DNA from: an uncultured Thermoleophilaceae bacterium
GTDB lineage: Bacteria; Actinomycetota; Thermoleophilia; Solirubrobacterales; JACPNS01
Reading direction: 5' to 3'
NCBI GenBank assembly: GCA_964597975.1
Contig: CAZRAA010000001.1
Span: 8,906-72,905 of the forward strand
Length of the DNA: 64,000 nt
Position numbers and translations under genes: made by a program. Below, in pieces: positions 51,826 through 60,710 of the stretch. The notes beneath the pieces were generated by a model. It was given only the letters and a program-made list of their open reading frames with translations, ran no database searches and was not told where the DNA came from. How positions within the stretch are numbered: position 1 is the first letter of the stretch; the number at the start of each line of letters is the position of its first letter.

Positions 51826-52928
51826 TCGGCGATACCGTCCCGCTGCTTCTCGATGCCTTCGATCAGCCCGTCGAGCGAGTGCACGAACGCTTCGATCCCG
51901 GCATCGAGCAGGTCTTCGGTGACCTGATGGAGATCGATTCCGGCCTCTGCCAGCTCGTCCAGCACAGGCGCGGGGTCTTCGTCAAGGCTCACCGAATCGA
52001 CTTCACTGATCGTGGCCGTCGCTTCGAGCGTCTTCAGCGGCATCGTGTTGACCGTCTCGGGTCCGGCCAGCGTGTCGACGTAGAGCACCTCTGAATACTC
52101 GGGGTTCTTCGTACCGGTCGACGCCCAGAGCGGGCGCTGAACTGCCGCCCCGGCGGACTTCAGCTCTGCGAAGCGCTCGCCGTGGAAGATCTCCTTGAAC
52201 CGCAGATATGCCGCGCGGGCGTTGGCCACTGCGGCCTTGCCCTTGAGCGCCGGGAGTCCCTTCTCCTCGAGTTGCTTGTCGACCACGGTGTCGACGCGCG
52301 ATACGAAGAAGCTCGCCACCGAGTGCACGTCTAGCGAGAGCCCTTCGGCATGGCGCCGCTCAAGTCCCTTGATGAAGGCTTCAGCCACGTCGGCGTAGCG
52401 ATCGACGGAGAAGAGCAACGTGACGTTGACGTTGATCCCCTCGTAGATCGCCTGCTCGATGTACGGGAGGCCCTCGGGCGTGCCGGGGATCTTGATCATC
52501 AGGTTCGGGGCGTCGACGAGGCCCCAGTACATACGTGCCTCTTCGATCGTCTTGCCTGCAGTGTCACGCGCGAGCTCCGGGGCGACCTCGAGCGATACGA
52601 AACCGTCGTAGCCGGCCGTGCTCGCCCAGACCGGGCGCAATACGTCAGTCGCCGCCTTGACGTCGGCCACCGCGATGTCTTTGTAGATCGCCATCGCATC
52701 CTTGCCGGCCGCAAAGCCATCGGCGATGATCTGGTCGTAGTCGTCAGATTCGAGGATCGCCTTCTCGAAGATCGCCGGGTTGCTCGTGACGCCGCGCAGC
52801 GAATACTGATCGACAAAGCGCGCGAGCGTGCCGTCCTCGATCAGGCCTTTGCCGATCTGGTCGAGCCAGACGCTGGTGCCCAGCGCCGTGAGGCGAGCGA
52901 GGCGTTCATTGACGGTGTTCACACTCAT
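51822..52928 (-). CDS. tal: Transaldolase (long actinobacterial type)
   Basis: 'GTSVWLDQIGKGLIEDGTL', 'LRGVTSNPAIFEKAI', 'LMIKIPGTPEGLPYIEQAIYEGINVNVTLLFS'. Confidence 0.93.
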   Translation of the reverse strand: MSVNTVNERLARLTALGTSVWLDQIGKGLIEDGTLARFVDQYSLRGVTSNPAIFEKAILESDDYDQIIADGFAAGKDAMAIYKDIAVADVKAATDVLRPVWASTAGYDGFVSLEVAPELARDTAGKTIEEARMYWGLVDAPNLMIKIPGTPEGLPYIEQAIYEGINVNVTLLFSVDRYADVAEAFIKGLERRHAEGLSLDVHSVASFFVSRVDTVVDKQLEEKGLPALKGKAAVANARAAYLRFKEIFHGERFAELKSAGAAVQRPLWASTGTKNPEYSEVLYVDTLAGPETVNTMPLKTLEATATISEVDSVSLDEDPAPVLDELAEAGIDLHQVTEDLLDAGIEAFVHSLDGLIEGIEKQRDGIAE

Positions 52929-52949
52929 TGTGTCCTTGTTCCCCCTGTT

Positions 52950-54971
52950 TTACGCGCCAGCCGGAGCGACTTCGCCGACGACCCGCTTTCCGTGCTCAAG
53001 GACGGCCTCCGGGGTGAAACCGAAGTGCTCGTAGAGCGCCGGCTGCGGTGCTGAGGCGCCGAAGCTCTCCATTCCGATCGAGTATCCCGCATCGCCGACG
53101 TAGCGGTGCCAACCGACGCTGCTTCCCGCCTCGATCGCGACGCGAGCCTTGACATCCGGTGGCAGCACCGAGTCGCGGTAGTCGGCAGGCTGCTCGTTGA
53201 AGCGCTCAAGGCACGGCGCGCTGACAACACGGGTCGCGATTCCCTCTTCCTCGAGCAGCTTCGCGCCGTCGAGTGCGATCGCGACTTCGCTGCCGGTTGC
53301 GATCACAATCAGGTCCGGTGTGCCCCCAGCATCCTTGAGCACGTAAGCCCCCTTCTCGATCGCATCGGCCGGCACGCCCTCGAGGATCGGCAGGTTCTGG
53401 CGGCTCAGCGCAAGAGCGCTCGGGCGGTCGTTGTTGCGCAGCGCATGGGCCCAGGCGAGCGCGGTCTCGTTGGCGTCGGCCGGACGAATCACGTCGAGAT
53501 TCGGCGTCGCGCGCAATGACCAGAGCTGCTCGATCGGCTGGTGCGTGGGACCATCCTCGCCGAGCCCGATCGAGTCGTGAGTGAAGACGAAGATCGATGG
53601 AATCCCCATCAGCGCTGCGAGCCGCATCGCCGGCTTCATGTAGTCCGAGAAGATCAGGAAGGTTGCGCCGTAGCCGCGCAGGCCGTTCAGTGTCATCCCG
53701 TTTACGGCCGCGCCCATCGCGTGCTCGCGGATTCCGAAGTGCAGGTTGCGGCCCGCGAAGGCGTCCTGCTGAATCGACGACGACGCGCCGATCAGTGTGA
53801 GGTTGCTCGGCGCAAGATCGGCCGATCCGCCGACCAGCTCGGGCACGTGCGAAGCAGCCCACTGGATCACCAGTTCGCTCGCCTTGCGGGTGGCCATCGG
53901 TTTGTCGGCCGGGTCAAAGGTGGGGATGGCTGCGTCCCAGCCATCCGGCAGTTCGCCGACCTGGAGGCGATCGAACTCGGATGCGAGCTGCGGGTGCTCC
54001 GCGCGGTAGGCGTCGAACTTGCTCGTCCAGTCAGCGAACTCGGCGTCGCCGCGCGCAGCCACCGCCGAGTAATGCTCGCGGACAGCGTCCGGTACGAAGA
54101 ACGGCTCAAGCGAAGGAAACCCGTAGGCCTCCTTTGTGAGCTTGATCTCGTCTTCGCCGAGCGGAGCACCATGGGCGCCCTCAGTGTCGACTTTGTTCGG
54201 CGAGCCGAATGCGATGTGGGTGCGCACGATTATCAGCGTCGGGCGGCTCGTCTCGTTCTGGGCGTTGGTGACCGCGGTCGTGATCGCCTCGACCGAGACG
54301 TCCTCGCCGAGGTTGATCACCTGCCAGCCATAGGCCTCGTAGCGCTTGGCGGTGTCCTCGGAGAGCGCGAGGTTGGTGTCCCCCTCGATCGAAATGTGGT
54401 TGGCGTCGTAGAAGGCGACCAGTCGACCGAGTCCGAGGTGTCCGGCCAGTGATCCGGCCTCAGACGAGATTCCCTCCTCGATGTCACCATCGCTGGCGAT
54501 CACGTAGGTGAAGTGCGAAGACGGGTCGAACTCGGGCGTCGCGAAGCGGTCGTGCAGCACGCGCTCGGCGATTGCAAAACCGACCGCATGGCTGATTCCC
54601 TGACCGAGCGGACCGGTGGTCATCTCGATGCCGGGCGCGTGTCCGTACTCAGGGTGACCGGCCGTCGGGCTGCCGAGCTGACGGAAGTTCTTCAGGTCGT
54701 CGAGGCTGATGTCGTAGCCGGCCAGGTGCAGTGTGCTGTAGAGCAGCATCGACGCGTGTCCAGCGCTGAGGATGAAGCGGTCACGCGCCGGCCAGTGCGG
54801 ATGGCGCGGCGAGTGGCGCATCAACTTCGCGAACAGCGAGTAGGTGATCGGCGCCAGCGCCATCGGAGTACCCGGGTGGCCCGAGTTCGCCTTCTGCACC
54901 CCGTCCATCGAGAGCGTCCGAATCGTGTCGATAGAGAGTTTTTCGATTGCTTCCGGGGTCAGATCACTCAT
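52950..54971 (-). CDS. tkt: Transketolase
   Basis: 'NSGHPGTPMALAPI', 'RDRFILSAGHASMLLYS', 'DGDIEEGISSEA', 'HDSIGLGEDGPTHQPIEQL'. Confidence 0.95.
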   Translation of the reverse strand: MSDLTPEAIEKLSIDTIRTLSMDGVQKANSGHPGTPMALAPITYSLFAKLMRHSPRHPHWPARDRFILSAGHASMLLYSTLHLAGYDISLDDLKNFRQLGSPTAGHPEYGHAPGIEMTTGPLGQGISHAVGFAIAERVLHDRFATPEFDPSSHFTYVIASDGDIEEGISSEAGSLAGHLGLGRLVAFYDANHISIEGDTNLALSEDTAKRYEAYGWQVINLGEDVSVEAITTAVTNAQNETSRPTLIIVRTHIAFGSPNKVDTEGAHGAPLGEDEIKLTKEAYGFPSLEPFFVPDAVREHYSAVAARGDAEFADWTSKFDAYRAEHPQLASEFDRLQVGELPDGWDAAIPTFDPADKPMATRKASELVIQWAASHVPELVGGSADLAPSNLTLIGASSSIQQDAFAGRNLHFGIREHAMGAAVNGMTLNGLRGYGATFLIFSDYMKPAMRLAALMGIPSIFVFTHDSIGLGEDGPTHQPIEQLWSLRATPNLDVIRPADANETALAWAHALRNNDRPSALALSRQNLPILEGVPADAIEKGAYVLKDAGGTPDLIVIATGSEVAIALDGAKLLEEEGIATRVVSAPCLERFNEQPADYRDSVLPPDVKARVAIEAGSSVGWHRYVGDAGYSIGMESFGASAPQPALYEHFGFTPEAVLEHGKRVVGEVAPAGA

Positions 54972-55051
54972 GCGTCAGAACCTACCAACTGCCGCCCGGG
55001 GAGAACTTGGCCTTTTGTACATCCCCGACTGGCCCAAATGCGAATCGTCGA

Positions 55052-55342
55052 TCAGCCGCGTCGCATCAGCCGGGCCACCGCCCCCATCAGCTCTTCGGTG
55101 CGCTCTTCCTTGAGCTCTTCGGGTCCACCGACCACACAATGCGCGGCGTGGTCCTCCATCAGACGCAGCGCCACCTTGTCGAGCGCGGCCTGGGCGGCTG
55201 AGATCTGGGTGAGGATGTCGATGCAGTAGCGATCGTCCTCGACCATCTTCTCGATGCCGCGGATCTGGCCTTCGACCCGGCGCAGGCGTCGCAGGAGCGG
55301 AACTTTGTTTTCTGAATAGGCGTGATCTTTATTTTCGTCCAT
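55052..55342 (-). CDS. csoR: CsoR-family copper-sensing transcriptional repressor
   Basis: '[52 protein letters not shown]' carries the C...H...C copper ligand pattern. Confidence 0.92.
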   Translation of the reverse strand: MDENKDHAYSENKVPLLRRLRRVEGQIRGIEKMVEDDRYCIDILTQISAAQAALDKVALRLMEDHAAHCVVGGPEELKEERTEELMGAVARLMRRG

Positions 55343-55350
55343 CTGTGCAG

Positions 55351-55369
55351 TATACCCCCCGGGGGTATA
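55351..55369. promoter_or_regulatory. CsoR-type operator palindrome in the 38-nt csoR/copA divergent spacer
   Basis: TATACCCCC-C-GGGGGTATA has perfect 9-bp arms. AT ends flanking a C/G tract is the known CsoR operator style. The TATATACT just downstream could serve as a -10 element for copA. Confidence 0.75.
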
Positions 55370-55380
55370 TACTCGCTGTC

Positions 55381-57618
55381 ATGAGCACGAAACTTGACAT
55401 CCCAATCGAAGGCATGACCTGCGCCTCTTGCGCCGGACGCGTCGAGAAATCACTGAACGATCTAGAAGGCGTGGACGCATCGGTCAACTACGCGCTGCAG
55501 CGCGCCTCTGTGCAGTTCGATGACGGAGTTACTTCGCCTGACGATCTCGCTGCAGCGGTCAAGAAGGTCGGCTACACCGCGCACTTCCCGGCCGCCGGCG
55601 AGGCTCACGCCGCACACAATCACAGCGACCACATCAACGCCGACGCAGCAGCCTTGAAGACGCGCGTGATCGTCTCATCGATCCTCACCGTGCCGGTGCT
55701 GGCGATGTCGATGCTCGAGTCGCTGCAGTTCGACTACTGGCAGTGGATCAGTCTGGCGCTGACGCTCGTCGTGATGCTCTACGGCGGCTGGCCGATCCAC
55801 AAGGCCACTTGGGTCAACGCCCGGCACGGCGCGCTGACGATGGACACGTTGGTCAGTGTCGGCACCTTTGCGGCCCTGCTTTGGTCGCTCTACAACCTGG
55901 TCTTCGGCGGCGCCGGCGAGATCGGCATGACGATGAGCTTCGAACTGATGCCCTCAAGAGAGGGATCAGACATGCACATCTACCTCGAAGAGGCCGCGGT
56001 GATCACCACGCTGATCGTCCTCGGTCGTTACTTCGAGGCGCGCGCCACCTCCCGCGCCGGCGCGGCGATCGCCGCCCTGATGAAGCTCGGCGCAAAGGAC
56101 GCTGCGTTGCTGACCGACTCCGGCGAGCGGCGCGTGCCGGTCTCGGAGCTGCGCATCGGCGACCGCTTCGTTGTCCGCCCCGGTGAGAAGCTTGCGACCG
56201 ATGGCGTCGTCGTCGAAGGCGAGAGCGCGATCGACACCAGCATGCTGACCGGCGAGTCGGTGCCGGTGGACGTCGGCGTCGCCGACGATGTGGCAGGCGC
56301 AACGATCAACCGCTCTGGCCGGCTCGTCGTCGAGGCGACGCGGGTCGGCGAGGACACAACGCTCGCGCAGATCGCGCGACTTGTCAGTGACGCACAGTCC
56401 GGCAAGTCGGCGAGCCAGCGGCTGGCTGACCGCATCAGCGCGGTCTTCATCCCGGTCGTGTTCCTGATCGCGGCAGCCACCTTCCTGTTCTGGATCGTGA
56501 TCGGCGACAGCACGACGTTCGCGCTCAGCGCAGCGGTCAGCGTGCTGATCATCGCCTGCCCGTGCGCGCTTGGACTTGCAACGCCGACCGCGGTGATGGC
56601 CGGAAGCGGACGCGGCGCGGAACTCGGCCTGCTGATCAAGGGTCCGGAGGTGCTCGAACAGGTCGGCTCGATCGACGTGATCGCACTCGACAAGACCGGC
56701 ACGCTGACGACCGGCGAGATGAAACTCGCGGCCTTCGAAGTTGCCGACGGTGTCGACGCAGACGCTGCGCTTGCGCTCGTCGGCGCAGTAGAACACGGCT
56801 CCGAGCACCCGATCGCCCGCGCGATCTCGCGGGCAGCGCAGGAGCGTGGACTCAGCGGCGCCGAGCCGGAGTTCTTCATGAGCCACCAGGGCCTCGGCGT
56901 CGAGGCGATGGCGGGCGGAAAGCGCGTTCTGGTCGGTCGCGAGAGCTTCCTCAGCGACAACGGAGCAGGCGAGGTTCCAGAAGAACTGCGTTCGGTAATC
57001 GAGCGGGCGGGCGCCGATGGAAACACTGCCGTGCTAGCCAGCTGGGACCGACAAGTGCAGGCGGTCGCCACGGTCAGCGACACGGTCAAACCCCACGCGC
57101 GAGTCGCGGTCGCCGAACTCAAGTCACTGGGCCTGGTCCCGGTTTTGATCACGGGAGATAGCGCGCGCGCGGCAAGTTCCGTAGCCGGGAAACTCGGAAT
57201 CGACCGGGTCGTTGCGGAAGTTCTTCCTGACGAGAAGGCGAGCGAAGTCGAACGACTCAAGGGAACTGGCCCGGTCGCGATGGTCGGCGATGGCGTCAAC
57301 GACGCGCCCGCGCTGGCGACCGCGGATCTCGGCATCAGCATGGGCGGCGGAACTGACGTCGCAATCGAGGCGAGCGATCTGACAGTGGTCAGCGGCGACC
57401 CGCTGGCAATTGTCGACGGCATCCGTCTCTCGAGCGCGACGATGCGCACGATCCGCCAAAACCTCGGCTGGGCGTTCGGCTACAACATCCTGGCGATTCC
57501 GATCGCCGCAGCCGGCCTGCTCAACCCGATGATCGCCGGTGCGGCGATGGCGCTGTCCGACATCTGCGTGGTCGGCAATGCGCTGCGGCTGCGGCGCTTC
57601 AAGCCGGTCGAGCGCTGA
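55381..57618 (+). CDS. copA: Copper-translocating P1B-type ATPase
   Basis: ATG at 55381. HMA 'GMTCASCAGRVEKSL', 'TGESVPV', 'CPCALGLATP', 'DKTGTLT', 'MVGDGVNDAPALA'. Confidence 0.95.
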   Translation: MSTKLDIPIEGMTCASCAGRVEKSLNDLEGVDASVNYALQRASVQFDDGVTSPDDLAAAVKKVGYTAHFPAAGEAHAAHNHSDHINADAAALKTRVIVSSILTVPVLAMSMLESLQFDYWQWISLALTLVVMLYGGWPIHKATWVNARHGALTMDTLVSVGTFAALLWSLYNLVFGGAGEIGMTMSFELMPSREGSDMHIYLEEAAVITTLIVLGRYFEARATSRAGAAIAALMKLGAKDAALLTDSGERRVPVSELRIGDRFVVRPGEKLATDGVVVEGESAIDTSMLTGESVPVDVGVADDVAGATINRSGRLVVEATRVGEDTTLAQIARLVSDAQSGKSASQRLADRISAVFIPVVFLIAAATFLFWIVIGDSTTFALSAAVSVLIIACPCALGLATPTAVMAGSGRGAELGLLIKGPEVLEQVGSIDVIALDKTGTLTTGEMKLAAFEVADGVDADAALALVGAVEHGSEHPIARAISRAAQERGLSGAEPEFFMSHQGLGVEAMAGGKRVLVGRESFLSDNGAGEVPEELRSVIERAGADGNTAVLASWDRQVQAVATVSDTVKPHARVAVAELKSLGLVPVLITGDSARAASSVAGKLGIDRVVAEVLPDEKASEVERLKGTGPVAMVGDGVNDAPALATADLGISMGGGTDVAIEASDLTVVSGDPLAIVDGIRLSSATMRTIRQNLGWAFGYNILAIPIAAAGLLNPMIAGAAMALSDICVVGNALRLRRFKPVER

Positions 57619-58807
57619 GCTTCGCCGGCAGCGAGCGGGCGATCGGGAAGATCGCCAGCATCGCCGCGGCGAGCACCGCGAACGCAATCGTCGACGTGTC
57701 GTTGATCGTCTGGACCAGCACCGCGAGCGCGATCCCGCCGAGATTGCCCGCCAGCAGAATTGCTCCGGCCGCGCTCGCGGCCGCGTGTCCGGCGCGGCGC
57801 TCGGACATCTCAAGGATCACAGGCTGGGCGGCGAGCAGAACGAAGCCGACGGCGGCGAAGATGATCCCCGCCCCGAACGCCCCGCCGACGAGCGTCATCG
57901 CGAGAAATCCCGCCATTCCAATCAGTGAGGCGCTCTGTAGATACCCGCGCTCGGCACCGCGCCGGCCAACGTTCGGAGCGAGCGTGATCGCACCAACCAC
58001 TCCGGCGACCGTCATCGCGACGAGTACCCAGCTCGACGCACTGCTGCTCACACCGTCCGGGCGCAGCAGAACCTCCAGCCAGGTTGCGACGGCGTTGAAG
58101 ATCCCCATACCGAGAAAGGTCATGGCTCCCAGTCGACTGAGCACGGGATCGGTATAGATCGCGCGCAAATCGGGAATGCCGATGGCCACACTCTCGCGTG
58201 ACTCGCGAGGCGACGGCCTTCTCAGGGCGAATGCGATCCCTCCAGCGGCCACGAGCGCAAACGCGAGGTTGATCAACAGCAGTGGGCGCAAATCATTGCT
58301 GGCACCGACCGTCGCACCGAGCACGAGTGCGGCGACCAGCCCCGAAAAGAGTCCCGCCGAGCCGAGCGAGATTGCGAGCGTCCGCGATTCCGGCGCGACC
58401 CGCTCGGCCGCGAGCTTGGTGATCGCCGCGAGCACCGCGGGCTGCGCGACCGCGATCAGCAGCTGCCCCGAGAGCGCGCCGGCAAAGCTCCCGAACATCA
58501 CGCGCACGGCCGCGCCGGCCAGCATCAGCGTCCCGGCCGCGATCAGCGTCTGCCGCAACCAACGGTCGAGCAGCATGCCGGCGGGAATCGCGAGCAGCAC
58601 ATAGAGCAGCGGGAAGATCTCCGCGAGCAGGCCTACGGCATCCTCGGAGACGCCGAAGTGCGCTGCGCTCTCGGTCGTGATCGGCGCGTATGTCAGCCAC
58701 AGCAACTGGCTTACGCCGGCCAGCAGCGCGTACGCCCCCACGGCGAACCAGTCGTTGCGGTCGATGCGCTCCTCCACGAGCGGCAACGCTAGCCAGCGCT
58801 CGTGCAA
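57599..58807 (-). CDS. MFS transporter (12-TM), substrate unknown
   Basis: Polytopic hydrophobic protein of 402 aa with a typical MFS half-repeat layout. Its 3' end overlaps copA by 20 nt (convergent). Confidence 0.75.
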   Translation of the reverse strand: MHERWLALPLVEERIDRNDWFAVGAYALLAGVSQLLWLTYAPITTESAAHFGVSEDAVGLLAEIFPLLYVLLAIPAGMLLDRWLRQTLIAAGTLMLAGAAVRVMFGSFAGALSGQLLIAVAQPAVLAAITKLAAERVAPESRTLAISLGSAGLFSGLVAALVLGATVGASNDLRPLLLINLAFALVAAGGIAFALRRPSPRESRESVAIGIPDLRAIYTDPVLSRLGAMTFLGMGIFNAVATWLEVLLRPDGVSSSASSWVLVAMTVAGVVGAITLAPNVGRRGAERGYLQSASLIGMAGFLAMTLVGGAFGAGIIFAAVGFVLLAAQPVILEMSERRAGHAAASAAGAILLAGNLGGIALAVLVQTINDTSTIAFAVLAAAMLAIFPIARSLPAKLSARPA

Positions 58808-58937
58808 CTTCGCCGCCGTTCAAGGGTTTGGATCGGTGTCCGATGAACTCAGTACGGACGCCGCCAGCCCCGTCAGACCTACTATCGCCAGAGCGGGCTG
58901 ATCCCCCGACACAACGGCCCAAACCCCGCCTCCGAAC

Positions 58938-59768
58938 GTGTACCAACAGCAGCCAGAAAGCAAGTCGCCAGCGCCGACCGATCGACGCCCGCGCAAGAAG
59001 CTCTTGATCGGCGCACTCGGGCTGACAGCGATCGCAGTGATCGCCGTTTTCGCAGTGCAGCCATTCTCCGGCGGCGGCGAGCCGCAAGCGATCGCAAGCG
59101 ACGACCCCTACGCGCTGACATTCGACGGCCAGGAGTTCTCTGGCGAGGACGCCAAGCAGCGTGTCCAGACGACCCCGGTCGCCCAGCGCGACTCCGAGGA
59201 GAAGTACGCCTCGGCATGCGCATCCTGCGCGAAAAAGCACCGCATCGCAGAGATTCCAGCGGCCTCGGCCACAACGCAGGTCGCCGAAGGCGCCCCGAGC
59301 AACGAGGAGGTCGAGAAGCTCGCCAAGCAGCAGAAAAAGCTGCAGTTCGCCAACGGCGACACCGTCGAGCTCGACAAGAACGGACAGGCCAGGCCGCCGC
59401 TCGGCGCTCCGGACGCGGTGCAGAACGTGATCGCAGCCGCGAACCAGATAACCAACTTCCCGTACATCTGGGGCGGCGGCCACGGCAGCTTCCAGGCGCG
59501 CGGCTACGACTGTTCGGGGTCTGTCAGCTACGCGCTCAAGGGCGGAGGTCTCGTCAACCGCACGATGGTCTCAGGCGAATACGAGCGCTACGGCGACCCG
59601 GGTCCAGGCAAGTGGATCACGATCTACGCCAACGCCGGCCACGTCTTCATGATCGTCGGCGGCGTGCGTTACGACACTTCGTTCCGCGACGGCCCCTACG
59701 GCACACGCTGGCAGACCGCCAAGCGGCCGATGTCGGGCTTCGTCGTGCGCCACCCGCCGGGACTCTGA
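58938..59768 (+). CDS. Membrane-anchored/secreted NlpC/P60 (C40)-like cell-wall hydrolase, paralog C
   Basis: GTG start. TM 'LLIGALGLTAIAVIAVFAV'. 'NFPYIWGGGHGSFQARGYDCSGSVSYAL', 'HVFMIVGGVRYDTS', 'GTRWQTAKRPMSGFVVRHP'. Confidence 0.75.
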   Translation: MYQQQPESKSPAPTDRRPRKKLLIGALGLTAIAVIAVFAVQPFSGGGEPQAIASDDPYALTFDGQEFSGEDAKQRVQTTPVAQRDSEEKYASACASCAKKHRIAEIPAASATTQVAEGAPSNEEVEKLAKQQKKLQFANGDTVELDKNGQARPPLGAPDAVQNVIAAANQITNFPYIWGGGHGSFQARGYDCSGSVSYALKGGGLVNRTMVSGEYERYGDPGPGKWITIYANAGHVFMIVGGVRYDTSFRDGPYGTRWQTAKRPMSGFVVRHPPGL

Positions 59769-59774
59769 TTCGGG

Positions 59775-60197
59775 CTACTCGCCCTCGGCCGGCTTGAACT
59801 CGAGCGAGCAGCTGTTGATGCAGTAGCGCTCGCCGCTGGGTCCAGGGCCGTCGTCGAAGACGTGCCCGAGGTGCCCGCCGCAACGCTTGCAGACGACTTC
59901 GGTGCGCCGCATGAACAGCGAGTTGTCCGGTCGCAGCTCAACCGCGTCGGCGACCGCGGGCTCCGTGAAGCTCGGCCATCCGGTCCCGGAGTCGAACTTC
60001 GTGCCGGACGCGAAGAGCACTGCCCCGCAGCCCTTGCAGACGAAGTCGCCGTCATCCTTCATGTCGACGTACTCGCCGGTGAACGGGGCCTCGGTGCCTG
60101 CCTTGCGGAGCACCGCGTACTCCTCGGGAGTGAGCTGCTGCTTCCACTCCTCGTCGCTCTTGTGAAACTCGCGAACTGTCGTGTCTGCCTTGCTCAC
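59775..60197 (-). CDS. msrB: Peptide-methionine (R)-S-oxide reductase
   Basis: 'CKGCGAVLFASGTKFDSGTGWPSF', 'RTEVVCKRCGGHLGHVFDDGP'. Confidence 0.93.
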   Translation of the reverse strand: MSKADTTVREFHKSDEEWKQQLTPEEYAVLRKAGTEAPFTGEYVDMKDDGDFVCKGCGAVLFASGTKFDSGTGWPSFTEPAVADAVELRPDNSLFMRRTEVVCKRCGGHLGHVFDDGPGPSGERYCINSCSLEFKPAEGE

Positions 60198-60263
60198 AAC
60201 TGCCTCCTCACGGACGAAGAACTCGATATCCGATTATCGCCCAAAACGGCGCGCCGGCGGCCG

Positions 60264-60644
60264 TCAAAGTTCGGTGAAGAGCAGCACGACCGTCGCGACG
60301 GCCAGCACTCCGCCGGCGATCGTGAGTACGGCGATCGAGTTGAGTCCGGTAGGCAGCTCGACATTGTCGTCCAGCGCCGAGTAGATCTCCCGCTGTCGCC
60401 GCCAGCCCTCGATGAAGACTCCGACTGAGAGCAGACCGAACGCGGCACCCAGCACCACGTAACCCCAGCTTGAACCAGTCTCGGCGAGCTTCGGCAAGAT
60501 CCCGCCGACGCCGATCGCAGCTGCTGCAATCCCGATGCCGGTCCTAAACCAGGCAAGCCACGTGCGCTCGGCGGCCAGTACCGTTCGGCGCGAGGGGCCG
60601 ATGTGGGAGTCGTCTCCGGGCGCTCGCTGCGGGACATCGCTCAT
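60264..60644 (-). CDS. DUF202/YidH-family small membrane protein
   Basis: Start at 'MSDVPQRAPGDD...'. 'RTVLAAERTWLAWFRTGIGIAAAAIG' is the DUF202 signature. Three TMs. The upstream 236 codons of the tracked ORF are antisense to the deacetylase gene and were rejected. Confidence 0.8.
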   Translation of the reverse strand: MSDVPQRAPGDDSHIGPSRRTVLAAERTWLAWFRTGIGIAAAAIGVGGILPKLAETGSSWGYVVLGAAFGLLSVGVFIEGWRRQREIYSALDDNVELPTGLNSIAVLTIAGGVLAVATVVLLFTEL

Positions 60645-60710
60645 GCTCGGATCCTCGCACACGCCGATTGAGGTACGAGCCGAAGCGGCCGATAGCCTGA
60701 TGCACAAGCA

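Noticed and set aside
56028-57449. 473-aa minus-strand ORF inside copA, plus 55966-56886 minus and 42887-43882 plus
   Set aside because: These are antisense to genes with unambiguous motifs (CPC, DKTGT; C40 module). Their products are Ser/Ala/Arg-rich or Arg/Asp-rich with no recognisable domains.
58808-58937. Possible c-di-AMP (ydaO-type) riboswitch upstream of the third C40-like hydrolase; such riboswitches precede cell-wall hydrolase genes in actinobacteria
   Set aside because: I looked on both strands for the conserved ACGGGG(A)CCCA / GGGUGAAUC / CCGNCAGCUAACCUCGUAAGCG blocks. I found only a vague 'CCGUCAGACCUAC' resemblance. The leaders of the other two paralogs (52 and 79 nt) are too short. 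An Rfam/Infernal scan would settle this.
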